Positions 51,200 to 64,000 of a stretch of DNA of 64,000 nt are shown in pieces. Below the pieces are notes generated by a model that was given only the letters and a program-made list of their open reading frames with translations, was not told the DNA's origin and did not search any database. How positions within the stretch are numbered: position 1 is the stretch's first letter; every line of letters begins with the position of its first letter. Both the position numbers and the translations under genes were made by a program. Origin of the DNA: the human T2T-CHM13v2.0 reference genome, Homo sapiens; the NCBI RefSeq assembly GCF_009914755.1, contig NC_060931.1; one strand, written 5' to 3'.

Positions 51200-54100
51200 T
51201 TGAAAATGTTTTCTCCCACTTTGTAGCTTTAAAAAAAATTCTTTTCATAATGTCTTTATAAGAGCAGAAGTTTTTAATTTTCCTGAAGATCAATTTATCA
51301 GTTTTTGCTTTTATGGATCATGCCTATGCTGTATCTAAGTAATTTTTGCGTAACTCCAAATCAAAAAGATTTGTTATTGTATTTTCTTGTAGAAGTATAA
51401 CAGTTTTAGGCTTTACATTTAGGTCTGTGATTAACTAAGTTCATTTTGTATATGGTGTAACCCATGAATTAAAGTTTCTTTCCTCCCGTCTTCCCTTCCT
51501 TTCTTCCTCTCTTCTTTCCTTTCTCCCTTCCTCCCTTCCTTCCTTTGCATGTGTGTTACCTATGAAATCTCCAATTATTTCAGATCTATTTTTAAAAAAG
51601 ACTTTCTGTTCTCCACTCCCATCTGAACACCTCTTATTTCTTGCCTTTTTGCACTGACCAGAACCTCCCATACTATGTCGCATAGAAATGGTGAGAGTGG
51701 AATTCTTGTCTTGTTCCTGGTCTTAGGGGAAACATTCGGTCTTTTATCAGTATGTTAGCTGTGGGTTGTTTGTACATGCCCTTTATAAGGTTGAGGAAGT
51801 TCCCTTCTATTGCTAGTTTGCTGAGAATCTTTAGCAGGAATCAATGCTGGATTTTGTCAGATGTTTTTCAGCTTGCAATGAGATGACCGTATGGATTTTT
51901 CTTTCTATCTAATAATATGGTGAATTACATTGCTTGATTTTTCTAATTTTAAACTAAACTTGCATTGACCCTAAATTGGTTATGATTTGTTATCTTTTTA
52001 TATTTTGTTAGTTTCAATTTGCTAAAATTTTGAGGATTTTTCTACTTATGTGCATGAAATATATTGTAATTTTCCTTTTTTGGAATGTGTATGTGTGGTG
52101 TTGATATCAGAATAATTCTGATCTTTCATAATGACTTAGAACATGTTCTTTACTCTTCATTTTTCTGGCAAAGTTTGTGTAGAATTGGTTTAATTTCTTC
52201 TTTAAATATTTGATAGAATTTCCTAATGGAGCTACCTGGGCCTGGAGTTTTCTTTGTGGGCTATTTTTAAACTACACAAATCAATTTCATTAATAGATGA
52301 TAGGGCTATTTGGTTTCTTTCTTCTTGAGTGAGTGCGTGTACTTTGTGTCCTCTGAGGAACTTCTTGAGTTTGTCGAAGTTGCCAAAATTATTAGTATGA
52401 TTTATTTATAGTATTCCCTTATTATGCTCTTAATATCTGTATTACTTGAAGTGGTACCACTTCTCTAACTCCTGATGATAGTGACTTGTTTCTTCTTTTC
52501 CGTTTTTGATCAACTTGGCTAGAAGGCTTATTAATTATACTGATATTTTCAAAGAACCAGCTTTTGATTTCATTCACTTTCTCTATAGCCATTCTGTTTT
52601 CTATTTCATTGTTTTTCACTCTGATCTGTAGGATTTTACCCCCTTGTACTTACTTAGGTTTCTATTTGCTTTCCTTTTTAAAATTTTCTTAAGATGCATG
52701 CTGAAATCATTGATTTGAGACATTCTTTTCTAATGTAGACATTTAGTGCTATAAATTTCTCTTTAAACACTGCTTGGGCTGCATCTTACAAGTGTCGATG
52801 TGTTGTTATATTTTATTTTAGCTCAAAATATTTTCCAACTTTTCTTTTGATTTTCTCTTCGATCAATGTGTTATTTAGAAACAGGGTTTTAGTTACTAAA
52901 AATCTGGGGAGTTTTCTAGCTACCTTTCTATTATTGATTTCCAATTTAATTTTATTTTGTGGTCTAAGAACATATTTTTATGATAGAGTCCTTTTAAATT
53001 TATTAGGGTTGGGAGTGGTAGTTCACGCCTGTAATCTCAGCACTTTGGGAGGCCAAGATGTGAGGACTGCTTGAGGTCAGGAGTTTAAGACCAGCCTGGT
53101 CAACATATTGAGGCTCTGTCTCTACAAAAAAATAAAAAAAATAAGCTGGGTGTGGTGATGTGTGCCTACAGTCCCAGCTACTCAGAAGGCTGAGGCAGTA
53201 GGATTGCTTGAGCCTAGAATTTCAAGGCTGCAGTGAGCCATGGTCATGCCATTGCACTCCAGCCTGGGGGACAGAGTGAAGCCTTGTATCAAAAATACAA
53301 TAAATAAGTAAATAAATAAATATATAAATAATTTGTTAAGTCTTGTTTCATGGCTTTGAATATGGTTGATCTTGGTAAATGTTCCATATGCATTTGAAAA
53401 GAATGTGTATTCTGCTGCTGTTGAGTGGTGTGTTCCACAAATGTCATTAGGGTCAAGTTAATTGATGCTGTTGTGCATATCTCTAATACCCTTACTGATG
53501 ATTTGTTTACATACTCTATCAGTTATTAAGGGAGTGATGCTGACATCTCTGAGTCTACCTGTGGATTTGTCTATATTTACTTGCCTATATCAAGTTTTGC
53601 TTCTTGTATTTTGAAGTTCTGTTTTTATGTACATAAGCATTTAGGATTATTGTTATATCTTCTTGATTAATTGACACCTGTATCATTATAACAAGAGTCT
53701 CTTTATCCCTTGTAATAGTCTTTGTTCTGAAATCAACTCTCTCAGGTATTAATATGCTATCACTCTCCTTTTTCCAGCTTTATTGAGGTATAATGGACAC
53801 AGTTGGTTTCTTTTTATTAGTGTTAGCATAGTATACCTTTTCCCATTCATAACATTTAACATACCTGTGTCTTTAAAGTGAATTTCCAAAACAAAATAAA
53901 GCAAAAAAGTAAATTTCCCATAGGCGGTAGTATATGCTTACTTTTTTTTTTTTTTATTGCACTGGACAGTATCTAAATTTTAAATGGATTTTTGGACCAT
54001 TTATACTTAACATGATCATTGACATAGTTGGGTTTAACTCTATCATCTTACTATTTGTTTTCTATTTGTCCCATCTGTTCTTTGTTCCTTTTTCCTTGTT

Positions 54101-54880
54101 TCTCTATCTACTTTTGGATTTATTGAACATTTAAAAACAATTCCTTATTTACTTTGTTGTATTATTAGCTAATTTTTTGTTGTGATATTTTAGTGATTTC
54201 CTTAGAGTTTATGATATATATCTTTTACTTATCAGAGTCTAACTTTGAGTGATATGATACCACTTTATATGCAGTAAAAGGACTTAAATGAGTATACTTC
54301 CATTTCTTTCTTTTTGTTCTTTGTGCTATTGTTGTAGTACATTTTATATATTTTAATATAATATATATGTTCTGTAGATGTTATCAATTCTACAGTATAT
54401 TATTATGATTGCTCTAAACGTTTGCTTATCTTTTACAAAGGTTTACTTTTTAAATTCTTTATATTTACTCATTTAATTACTGTTTTTGCTGTTCTCTATT
54501 CTTTTGGGTGGGTACAGATTTCCATCTCGTGTAATTTTTCTTTTGTTTGCATCTCTCATAGTGCAGACCTGCTGGAGTCAAAATTCTTTTGACTGTTATA
54601 TGGCTGAAAATGTCTTTTTTTTGTTACCTTCTTTTGAAAGGTATTCTCTTTGAGTTAAGAATTCCAGGTTGACAGTGATATTTCTTTGCATTTTAAAGAT
54701 GTCTTCAGTGTTACATGAGAAGTCTGCTCTCATCTTTGTCTTCACTCCTTTCTGTTTAATGGGTCTTACTTCTCTAATGACTTTTAAGATTTCCCTTTTA
54801 TCAGTGGTTTTGAGCAATATGATATGACATGACTTGATGCAGTTTTTGTCTTGAACCTCTTTAATCTGTGAATTTGTATT
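51200..54880 (-). mobile_element. Long old L1 (ORF2 and ORF1 relics)
   Basis: T-rich antisense L1; minus-strand peptides IEKVNEIKSWFFENI (ORF2) and LKTTDKREILKVIRE (ORF1). Confidence 0.9.
53006..53330 (+). mobile_element. AluJ
   Basis: aggattgcttgagcc...aggctgcagtgagccatg; (TAAA)n tail. Confidence 0.92.
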
Positions 54881-54892
54881 TTTGCAATAATG

Positions 54893-55100
54893 AGTTTTAG
54901 GAAGTCTGGCCTTGATGTGTCATGGGAATATGGGTTTTAGGAAGGCTGCTCTGGACTTGTCATGTAGAATGGGTTTAGGAAGGTGTGGACAGTCATGGGA
55001 GAATAGGTTTTAGGGGGACTAATTTGGATGGTCATGGGAAGATGAGATCAGGAAGGAAGTTCTGGATGTGTCATGGGAGGACTTTGAGAAGAGTGACTCT
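54893..55100. repeat. Degenerate minisatellite, about 35-41-bp unit x5
   Basis: Recurring gttttaggaag...gga(t/c)..gtcatggga. Confidence 0.8.
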
Positions 55101-55159
55101 GAGGAGGCTGTATGGGATTGCCACTGACCTAGAACAGAGTTAACTATAGGTGTTTAGGG

Positions 55160-55440
55160 ACAGCCTCTCACTCATATTCTGTTTCTATTTCAGCTTTCAC
55201 CTCCCCGGAGGGCATCCTCTGACACCCCAGGCCACTTTGGGACCCTTTCTCATATGCTTCCATTGCACTGGGCAGTTCTCCTGTCTAGTATCTTCCATTG
55301 TTTAATGACCTTAAGTACTTGTCCAATATGGATCTCCCCACTGGACTCTAAAGTTCCATAAGAACACCAATATTCTGTGTGGCACAGAGTAGCTAGGCAA
55401 GGTCTGTTGAGTGAGTGAAAGAGTGAATAAGTGAATGAAC
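55160..55440 (+). mobile_element. L2 3' end
   Basis: ctccccactggactctaaagttccataag...tgttgagtgagtgaaagagtgaataagtgaatgaa. Confidence 0.7.
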
Positions 55441-56249
55441 TGCACTCCATTGCTTCCCACCCTTTCTAGTTCTCAGCTCAGTATTTCATTTATGACTCCA
55501 AATCCTACTAAAGTGAGGTATCTGGACACAAAGAAAGAGCTGAAAAATTCACCAGAAGCTGCTCCCAGGAGGCTGCAAGGAGAGTGAAGTGCAGCATGTG
55601 CCACTGGAGGGACCTGTTGGTTGGAGTGTCTTGGGTTGGGCTCATGCACTATCAGTGGCTTAATAACGTGCTACAACTCAGCTCTGTGAGCATCACGCCT
55701 CACTGTGAAGTGTTGCCTCGACTAACAACATTTTGTGAAAATTGAACATTTGGTTGTGTGGGGTGTAGGAAGATGAGAAAACTAATTATAGTTTCTCTGG
55801 GGGGGCCTGCAGCAGTTGGAGTCATGGTTACAATTCTAGTCTATGTGGGATTTGCTTCATTCTCTCTTTTTATTTCTACACTTGGTGTGACAATAGATTT
55901 ACATAATGGACATTTGTCAAGGGTTTCAAGTCACAGCTTTTATAGGCTTCCATCTTTTTTTGAAAGAAGACAGATTTTCAGAGTGGTTTGAATTTCATGA
56001 CAATGTGGGCCGGCCACATGGACAATTGGTCTGTTGTGAGGAACTGGAGCTCATTTATGTACCATTGTTTGGAAGTTCTGAAATAGCACCAGGACCAATG
56101 ATGCTGAAATTCCTTAACAATCTAAATTATCCTGCTGTTCATTTGCTTAGATCAATTTGCCTTTAAAATTCAGCATAGTACAAAAGCTACACAAGGAGAA
56201 ATGGGTTAAAAGGCTTGAATTTTCAAGCCAAGGTTCTGCTATATAAAAA

Positions 56250-58420
56250 TAATGATGAAACTCTCAGCCTGAACAAGATGGCAAAGGCTCATTTCTCTCT
56301 GCCACACTCTGCCAAGTCCAGAATCAGCCCTGGAAATAAAGCAAGAGTGCCAGAGGAGAACTCTGAAAGGTGGAAGGAGGGAAGTGGCCTGATTTGGGAC
56401 CAAGAACTGAAAAGCAATGCAATACGGGGGTCTTATACCCCCCATCCAACAGACGAAGGTGATAGAAGGTGGCCCAGGTGGGCATGTCTATCCCCTAGAT
56501 TGAAAGAGAGACCTTATCATCAAAGGAGGTGAGAGGCACAAGAGAGACTGGTCAGGGACCCCACTAGCCATAAGCAGCCAGCAGGGAAGTGTTCTCCTTC
56601 CTTCTGGATCCCAGATGCCCCTCCCGACCAAGAAGTACTGAGCAGCTGGGCAACACTCAGATGGAATCCTGCCACAGGTGGGCTGGCCTAGAAGCCCCTT
56701 TGTTGCTGCAGGAGTGAGATTCTACGGCCCTTCAGAGACACTGGAAATAGATCTAGCAATATATGCTGTAGCTATAGAGTAATCCTGGGTAAATGTTAGG
56801 TATATATTGCTACAGTAATCAATACAGTGTAGTATTGGGGAACGACAGACACACAAATCCATAGTACAAAACAGAGAATCCAGAAATAGACTGACAGAAA
56901 TGAGCCCAACTGATTTTTAACAAAGATTCAAAAACGATTTAATGGAGGAAAGCAGTCTTTGCAACAAATGGTGCTGGCACAATTGGACATCCATGGGCAA
57001 AACAAATAAGCAAAACAAAACAAAAAAAGAAACAAAAAAGAACTTCAACCTAAGCTTTGCATCTTACACAAAAGTTAACTCCAAATAGATCATGGTGTTA
57101 GTATAAAATGTCAAACAATACACCTTTTGGGGGAGAAAACAGAAAATATTTAAGATCTGGGGCTATTTCTCAGATTTGACACCAAAAGCATGATCCATCG
57201 AAGGGCATTTTGATGGATAAATTGGATTTTATCAAAATTAAAAATTTTTGCTCTGCAAAAGGCCACGAGAAGAGGATAAAAAGGCCAGCTATAGACTAGG
57301 AGAAAATATTGCAAACCACATATCTGACAAAGAACTGGTATCTAGAATATATACATTCTCAAAACTCAACAGTAAAGAAAGAGATGATTCAACTACAAAA
57401 TGCACAGAAGCTGTGAACATTTTTCTGAAGAGCATATAGAGATGGCTATAAGCACAGGAGACAGTGTTCAACATTATTAGCCATCAGGTAAATGCACACG
57501 AAAATCACAATGATCTATTACTACACAAGTGTCACAATGGCTAAAATAAAAAATAGTGATGACACCAAATGTTGGCTAGGATGTGGAGAAACTGGATCCC
57601 TCATTCATTGCTGGTGAGAATGTAAAATGGCACGGCCACTCCTGGAAAACAGTTTGTCAATCTCTTAAAAAACTAAGCATGCCAACTACCATGCAACCCA
57701 GTAGTCATACCTGTGGGCATTTATCTCGGATAAATGAAAATTATGTTTAAACAACAATGTGTACCTGAATATTCAAAGACATTTCACTGGTGAAATGAAA
57801 ACAGCCGAGGTGTCCTTCAACAGGTGAATGGTTAAATAAAATGGGGTATATTCATACCATGGGATATTGCTCAGGAACAAAAGGAAACAAACTGGGGATC
57901 TGTGCAACTTGTTGAAGTTCCAAGAATTATGTAGAGTGAAAAAGCCAATCCCAAAAGGTTACATACTGTATGATTCCATGTATACAATATTCTTGCAATG
58001 ACAACATTTTAGAAATGGAGAGTGGATTATTGGATAACAGACTTAGGGGTAGAGTGGTGGAGCTGGGAGGGAGGGGTGGGTGGTTGTAGAAGGACAACAC
58101 AGGGATGCTTGTGGTGATGCAGTGTTCTGTGTCTTCACTATGATGGTAAATACATGAACCTATACATGTGACAAAACTGTATGGAACTAAATATACACAC
58201 ACTAATGAGTACAGGTAATATTGGGGAATTCTGAATAAGATTAGTCAGCTGTGTCAATATCAGTATTAATATTCTGATTGTGAAATTGTACTGTCATTTT
58301 TGCAAGTAATACCATCAGGAGAAATTGAGTGAAAGGTGTGTGGGACCTCTCTGTATTATTTCTTGCAACTGCATCTGAACCTACAAATTGTCTCAATAAA
58401 AATTTCAATTAAGAAAATAA
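56250..58420 (+). mobile_element. L1MC1/2-like element (5'-like piece joined to ORF2 end and 3' UTR)
   Basis: caacaaatggtgctgg; ggatgtggagaaactgg; ends ctcaataaaaatttcaattaa. Confidence 0.85.
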
Positions 58421-59270
58421 GTGACAAGGGCTGAGTGGCATATCCAGATCCATGAACATAGTTGGAGGATCTCAAACACGCTTACAATGAAAGCGGGATT
58501 TCTAAAATAAAAAACTAAATTGTAGTTAACATTTGTTTAGCACAAAAGACACCCCAGGCACTAAGTGTTGTACATACATAACTTTATTTCATCTTCATCA
58601 CATTTTTCTTTCAGGATTTTCCCCCATTAGAGAAACTGTGCCTGAATTTCCATGTTAGCGAAAGGGTGGTAATGTCTCTTATAGAGTTGATATGAGGTGT
58701 TAAATAGATCTCAACATGTGAGATGCAGAAACCAGGCCCTGACACATAGATGGTATGCATACCAAACTCAATATCAGTACAGGAATTTTTGTATTGATCA
58801 TAATACAAAATACTTTTTTTTCCAGATCATAATATCTCTTTCTTTGCCTGATTCTTTGAGATGTACACAAACATGCTCTAGATCAAGTTATTCCAGAATA
58901 GGCAGAGTGTGGTGACAGATGAAACTTGAGTGTGTGAGAGAGGCAAACTTATTTGTCTTCAAATAACGACAAATTAAGTGTCTGAAAGAAACAATGGTAT
59001 GTGTTAAGAATCTTGGCAAATTTTATTCAGTAGTGATGGAATAGTCATATCATGATTTTAAAAATACACTTTTAACTTTAGAATAGTTTTAGATTTACAG
59101 AGATACTGTAAAAATAGTGCAGAGAGGCCCCGGATGCCCTGCACCCAGTTTCGCCTGTTGTTAATATTTTACATTACTGTGGATTAGTGATGAATTAGTA
59201 CCAATGAATGGACTGATATTGATATACTGTTATTAATGAAAATTCATACTTTATTGGACTTCCTTAGTTT

Positions 59271-59587
<317 letters not shown>

Positions 59588-60112
59588 TAATGTTCTTTTA
59601 TTGTCCAGGGATCCCATCTAGGACATCACATTCCATCAGCATCCTGTCTCCTCAGGACCCTCTTGGCTATGACAATTTCCTCAGATTTTCATGTCTTTGA
59701 TGACCTTGACTACGTTGAGAAGTATTGTCAGGTGTATTGTAGCATATCCCTCAACTGGGGTTTGTTTGTTGTTTTTCTAATGGTTAGACTCAGGTTATGA
59801 GGTTTTGGGAAGAAGGCTACAGAGGAGAAAGAAGTACCATTATCTTCATATGATATCAGGGGTGCCTGCTGTCACCATGGCTTATTGTTGATGTTGACCT
59901 TGATCACCTGGCTAGGCAGTGTTTGCCAGTCTTCCTACTGTAAAGTTATTTTCTGTTTCCCCTTTCCAGACTGTATGTACCCTTTGGAAGGAAATCACTA
60001 TACACAATGAGCACTTAAGGGTCAGAGACTTACGTTCCACCTTCTTGAGGGAACAGTATCTATAATAAACTATTTGGGATTTTTTGGTACAGGAGATTTG
60101 TCTTTTCTACCT

Positions 60113-60151
60113 TGCATTGGTCAGAATTCTCCAGAGAAACAGAAACAATAG

Positions 60152-60191
<40 letters not shown>

Positions 60192-60633
60192 AGATATTAT
60201 GAGAGATTGGCCCACATGAGTATGGAGGCCAAGAAGTCCCATGATCTACTCTCTGCAAGCTGGAGACCCAGGGGGGATAATGGTGTAATTCATTCCAAGT
60301 CTGAAAACCTAAGAACCAGGAGCTCCAATGTCTGAGGACAGGAGAAGATGAATGTCTCAACTCAAAAAGAGCGAGACAATTCACCCTTGCTTCACCTTTT
60401 TGTTCTATTTGGGCCCTCAATGGTTTGGATGATGCTCACCTGCATTGGTGAAGGTGGATCTTCTTTGTTCAGTCTACTGATTCAAATGCTAATCTCTTTG
60501 AGAAACACCCTCATAGACACACCCAGAAATAATGTTTCTCTGGCTATCTGGGCATCCCTTATCCCAGTCAAGTTGGCACATATTCAGGCTCCCTGTTCTG
60601 TTTAAAAAGGTTGACATATAAAATTAACCACTG
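60113..60633 (-). mobile_element. MLT2 solo LTR with (GA)n
   Basis: tgcattggtcagaattctccagagaaacagaa...ggaggccaagaagtccca...aaaattaacca. Confidence 0.88.
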
Positions 60634-60635
60634 TA

Positions 60636-60932
60636 GGCCAGGCACGGTGGCTCACGCTTGTAATCCCAGCAATTTGGGAGGTCAAGGCAGGCGGATCACT
60701 TGAGATGGGGAGTTCCACACTAGCCTGGTCAACATGGTGAAATGCTGTCTGTACTAGGAATACAAAAATTAGCCAGACGTGGCAGTGTGTGCCTATAGTC
60801 CCAGCTACTCGGGAGGCTGAGGCACGAGAATCACTTGAACCCAGGAGGTGGAGGTTGCAGTGAGCTGATCACACTACTGCACTCCAGCGTGGGTGACAGA
60901 GTGAGGCTTTGTTTCAAACAAAAAAGAAAAAA
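60636..60932 (+). mobile_element. AluS
   Basis: Full Alu; TSD aaattaacca(c/t)tg. Confidence 0.93.
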
Positions 60933-61490
60933 ATTAACCATTGCATCCCTCTTTATTTATCCAGTCATTTATCTAAATCATTGCAGCTTTATGGATATTT
61001 ATTTTATATTTTGAATTATAGTCCAATACTACTTTCTGAATTTTCTTGTTCAAATGGTCCCAGATTTGAACTTTGCAAACTTTCAGTTTCTTCCTGTGTC
61101 CCTTTGACATGCTCGCATTACTTGCTTTTCATTCGTTTTTAGCATTTTCTTACTTTCTTGCACTACAAAATGCTCCAGGTTCATCTCGTATATTATTTTC
61201 CCAGACCTGGAATCAGCCAATTCTTTAAGGAATCCTGGTTCGTTTTATTGAAGAACAGTATTTGAATCCAAGATATGGGCATTGGGTGTGCTTGATGGTA
61301 TTGGGGTGTCGTTCCTTCTAGGCTGTGCATGCACACAGCTCTATAAATTTGTTCATATATGTATATGTTCATCCATCTGCAGATACATTTGTATTTTAGG
61401 CTAAAGGTGAGTTCACATTGATATCTCCAACTCTCATCCAGTACCACCTGCTTGAGTCTAGCTGTTCCTCCTTGTTTATCTGTAATGTTT

Positions 61491-62161
<671 letters not shown>

Positions 62162-63248
62162 ATGAATTTTCTCTCTGATAAAATAACCTGCTTAGAACAT
62201 TTAGTCTAATTTTAACCTGCGGAAGTAAAAGTTTCTTGACTTCCTATTTCTTATGTTCCCAGGTACACGTTTGTGCTTTTGGTGACTTTGTTTTGTCTTT
62301 CATTTAAAATAGAACATGGGAGGGAATTCTTCACTTCTGAGAGATGTGGGCTCCTTCAGTCTTATTATCGTCTTTCATGTTTATTGAAAAAAAAGTATAT
62401 ATTTTTTCCTAATAGGTAAACAAACTATGGTTCTTAGGCACTCTTGGTTCAATCTTAACTGAGTGACCAAATCTCCTCTGATAATAATCTTGATTTTGCC
62501 TTCCCAAGACCAAACCCTAAATTTAGAAAAATAATGGATTTTGAATTTTGTTAGCACTTTGAACCATCCTTGTGATTTCCCAGATAGGCACCAGAAAATC
62601 ACAAAGATTTGTGTGTGTTCTTAACTGCAAAGGAAACACTGATTAAATCCATGTGAAATAATTATGTATGATATTCTAATATAGAGCTTGATTCCCCCCT
62701 CCCCCAATTTTGATGTTGTTGGGTACTGTAATAAAATAACTACAGCTCTGTCATCAACAGCTAGTGTCTGCGTTCTTCTGATTGCCTGAGAGCTCTGCTC
62801 TAGGTTATAGGCTGAGAAACTAGGTCTTCGACAACCAAGGTTAGTTTCAGAACCACATGGAAAAGACTGTTGTAGGCACTGCTTACTACTCACATTCCAG
62901 GAAATGGGTACAGACTTTGGAGATTAAGCTGACTTTGCTTAGACAACCTTCAAACTGCACCAGTGAGTCCAAGTCAAGATTTCCCAGACTCTTTTCAGGC
63001 CAGAAGCAGATGAGCTCATGAAAGCAGATGCCAACCCAAGATGCCATAGAATAAGAATGAATTGTATGGGGCTGGATGAACTGAAGAGGGAAAGTAGCTA
63101 ACTGCTCACTTGGAATCTTGTTGAAAACTGTATTTAATAATCTGTTTTCTGATGGATATGAGAGTAAACCTTTCCTTTTTTTTTTTGATAATTAATAATA
63201 ATTAATTTAATAATCTGTTTTCTGATGGATATGAGAGTAAACCTTTCC

Positions 63249-63577
<329 letters not shown>

Positions 63578-63599
63578 TGAAAGCATTTCTGCTTTAGCA

Positions 63600-63830
63600 C
63601 ACAGAAATGAAATCTTTAGGATGTATCCTGTCATTAAAGTTCACATTATACTGATATGTAGCTCATATTTCTTTATGGTGGTGAGAGAAATTTCATGAAA
63701 GGCCTTGTCAAATGCCTTGTCTGAGTCCAGGCATGTTTTTTTCTTAGACCGTATACCCTGGTCCTACTTATTGGACCAACCTTACTGACAAAGGAACTGT
63801 TAGCCTGGTCTTTGGGATCTCGTGGGGTGT
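63600..63830 (-). mobile_element. L3/CR1 reverse-transcriptase relic
   Basis: Minus strand LDSDKAFDKAFHEISLTTIKKYEL, similar to CR1 LDFSKAFDKVSHDIL..K..KYGL. Confidence 0.65.
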
Positions 63831-64000
63831 GAAGGCTTCACAATCTAGATGCTTCTGTGTCCTGTCTGTACCTGTGACTTCATAGCCTAATCTGGGACCA
63901 ATGCAGAGTTCTAAGATTTGTACTTTACAGAATGTATTTTTTTTTTAATATTAACCATTCTTTTTTTCCCAACATCCTTTATTTTAGATCTATTGTTCCT

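Noticed and set aside
54893-55100. CRISPR-like repeat-spacer array (also considered 1441-1554)
   Set aside because: Units are degenerate tandem copies without unique spacers; eukaryotic context with no cas genes
55597-55616. Second CTCF-like site gccactggagggacc
   Set aside because: Mismatches in the core (lacks AG at the centre and GGC at the end)
60583-60598. Resemblance to the tRNA-Lys 3' end
   Set aside because: About 15 nt with a mismatch and a gap; not significant

Overview
Primate (human-like) nuclear DNA with no recognisable protein-coding exon, tRNA or CRISPR array. It is mostly a nested mosaic of Alu, L1, L2, MIR, L3/CR1, DNA-transposon and LTR relics (MER65, MER11, LTR9-like, THE1, MLT1, MLT2 with an ERVL gag relic), plus simple repeats. 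Most long six-frame ORFs are repeat artefacts. Three highlights: (1) a ~164-bp mitochondrial 16S rRNA insertion (NUMT, 28707-28870) keeps an intact SHLP4-type small ORF, in frame with an upstream nuclear ATG and downstream of a same-strand LTR; (2) several locally templated insertions or duplications look like repair scars (11276-11680, 15240-15356, 32368-32402, 63132-63260); (3) a small CpG-dense element carries a full CTCF core plus upstream motif (36811-37005). Repeat subfamily names come from recall of consensus sequences, not from a database search. Boundaries of old repeats are approximate, and I could not assign the chromosomal locus.
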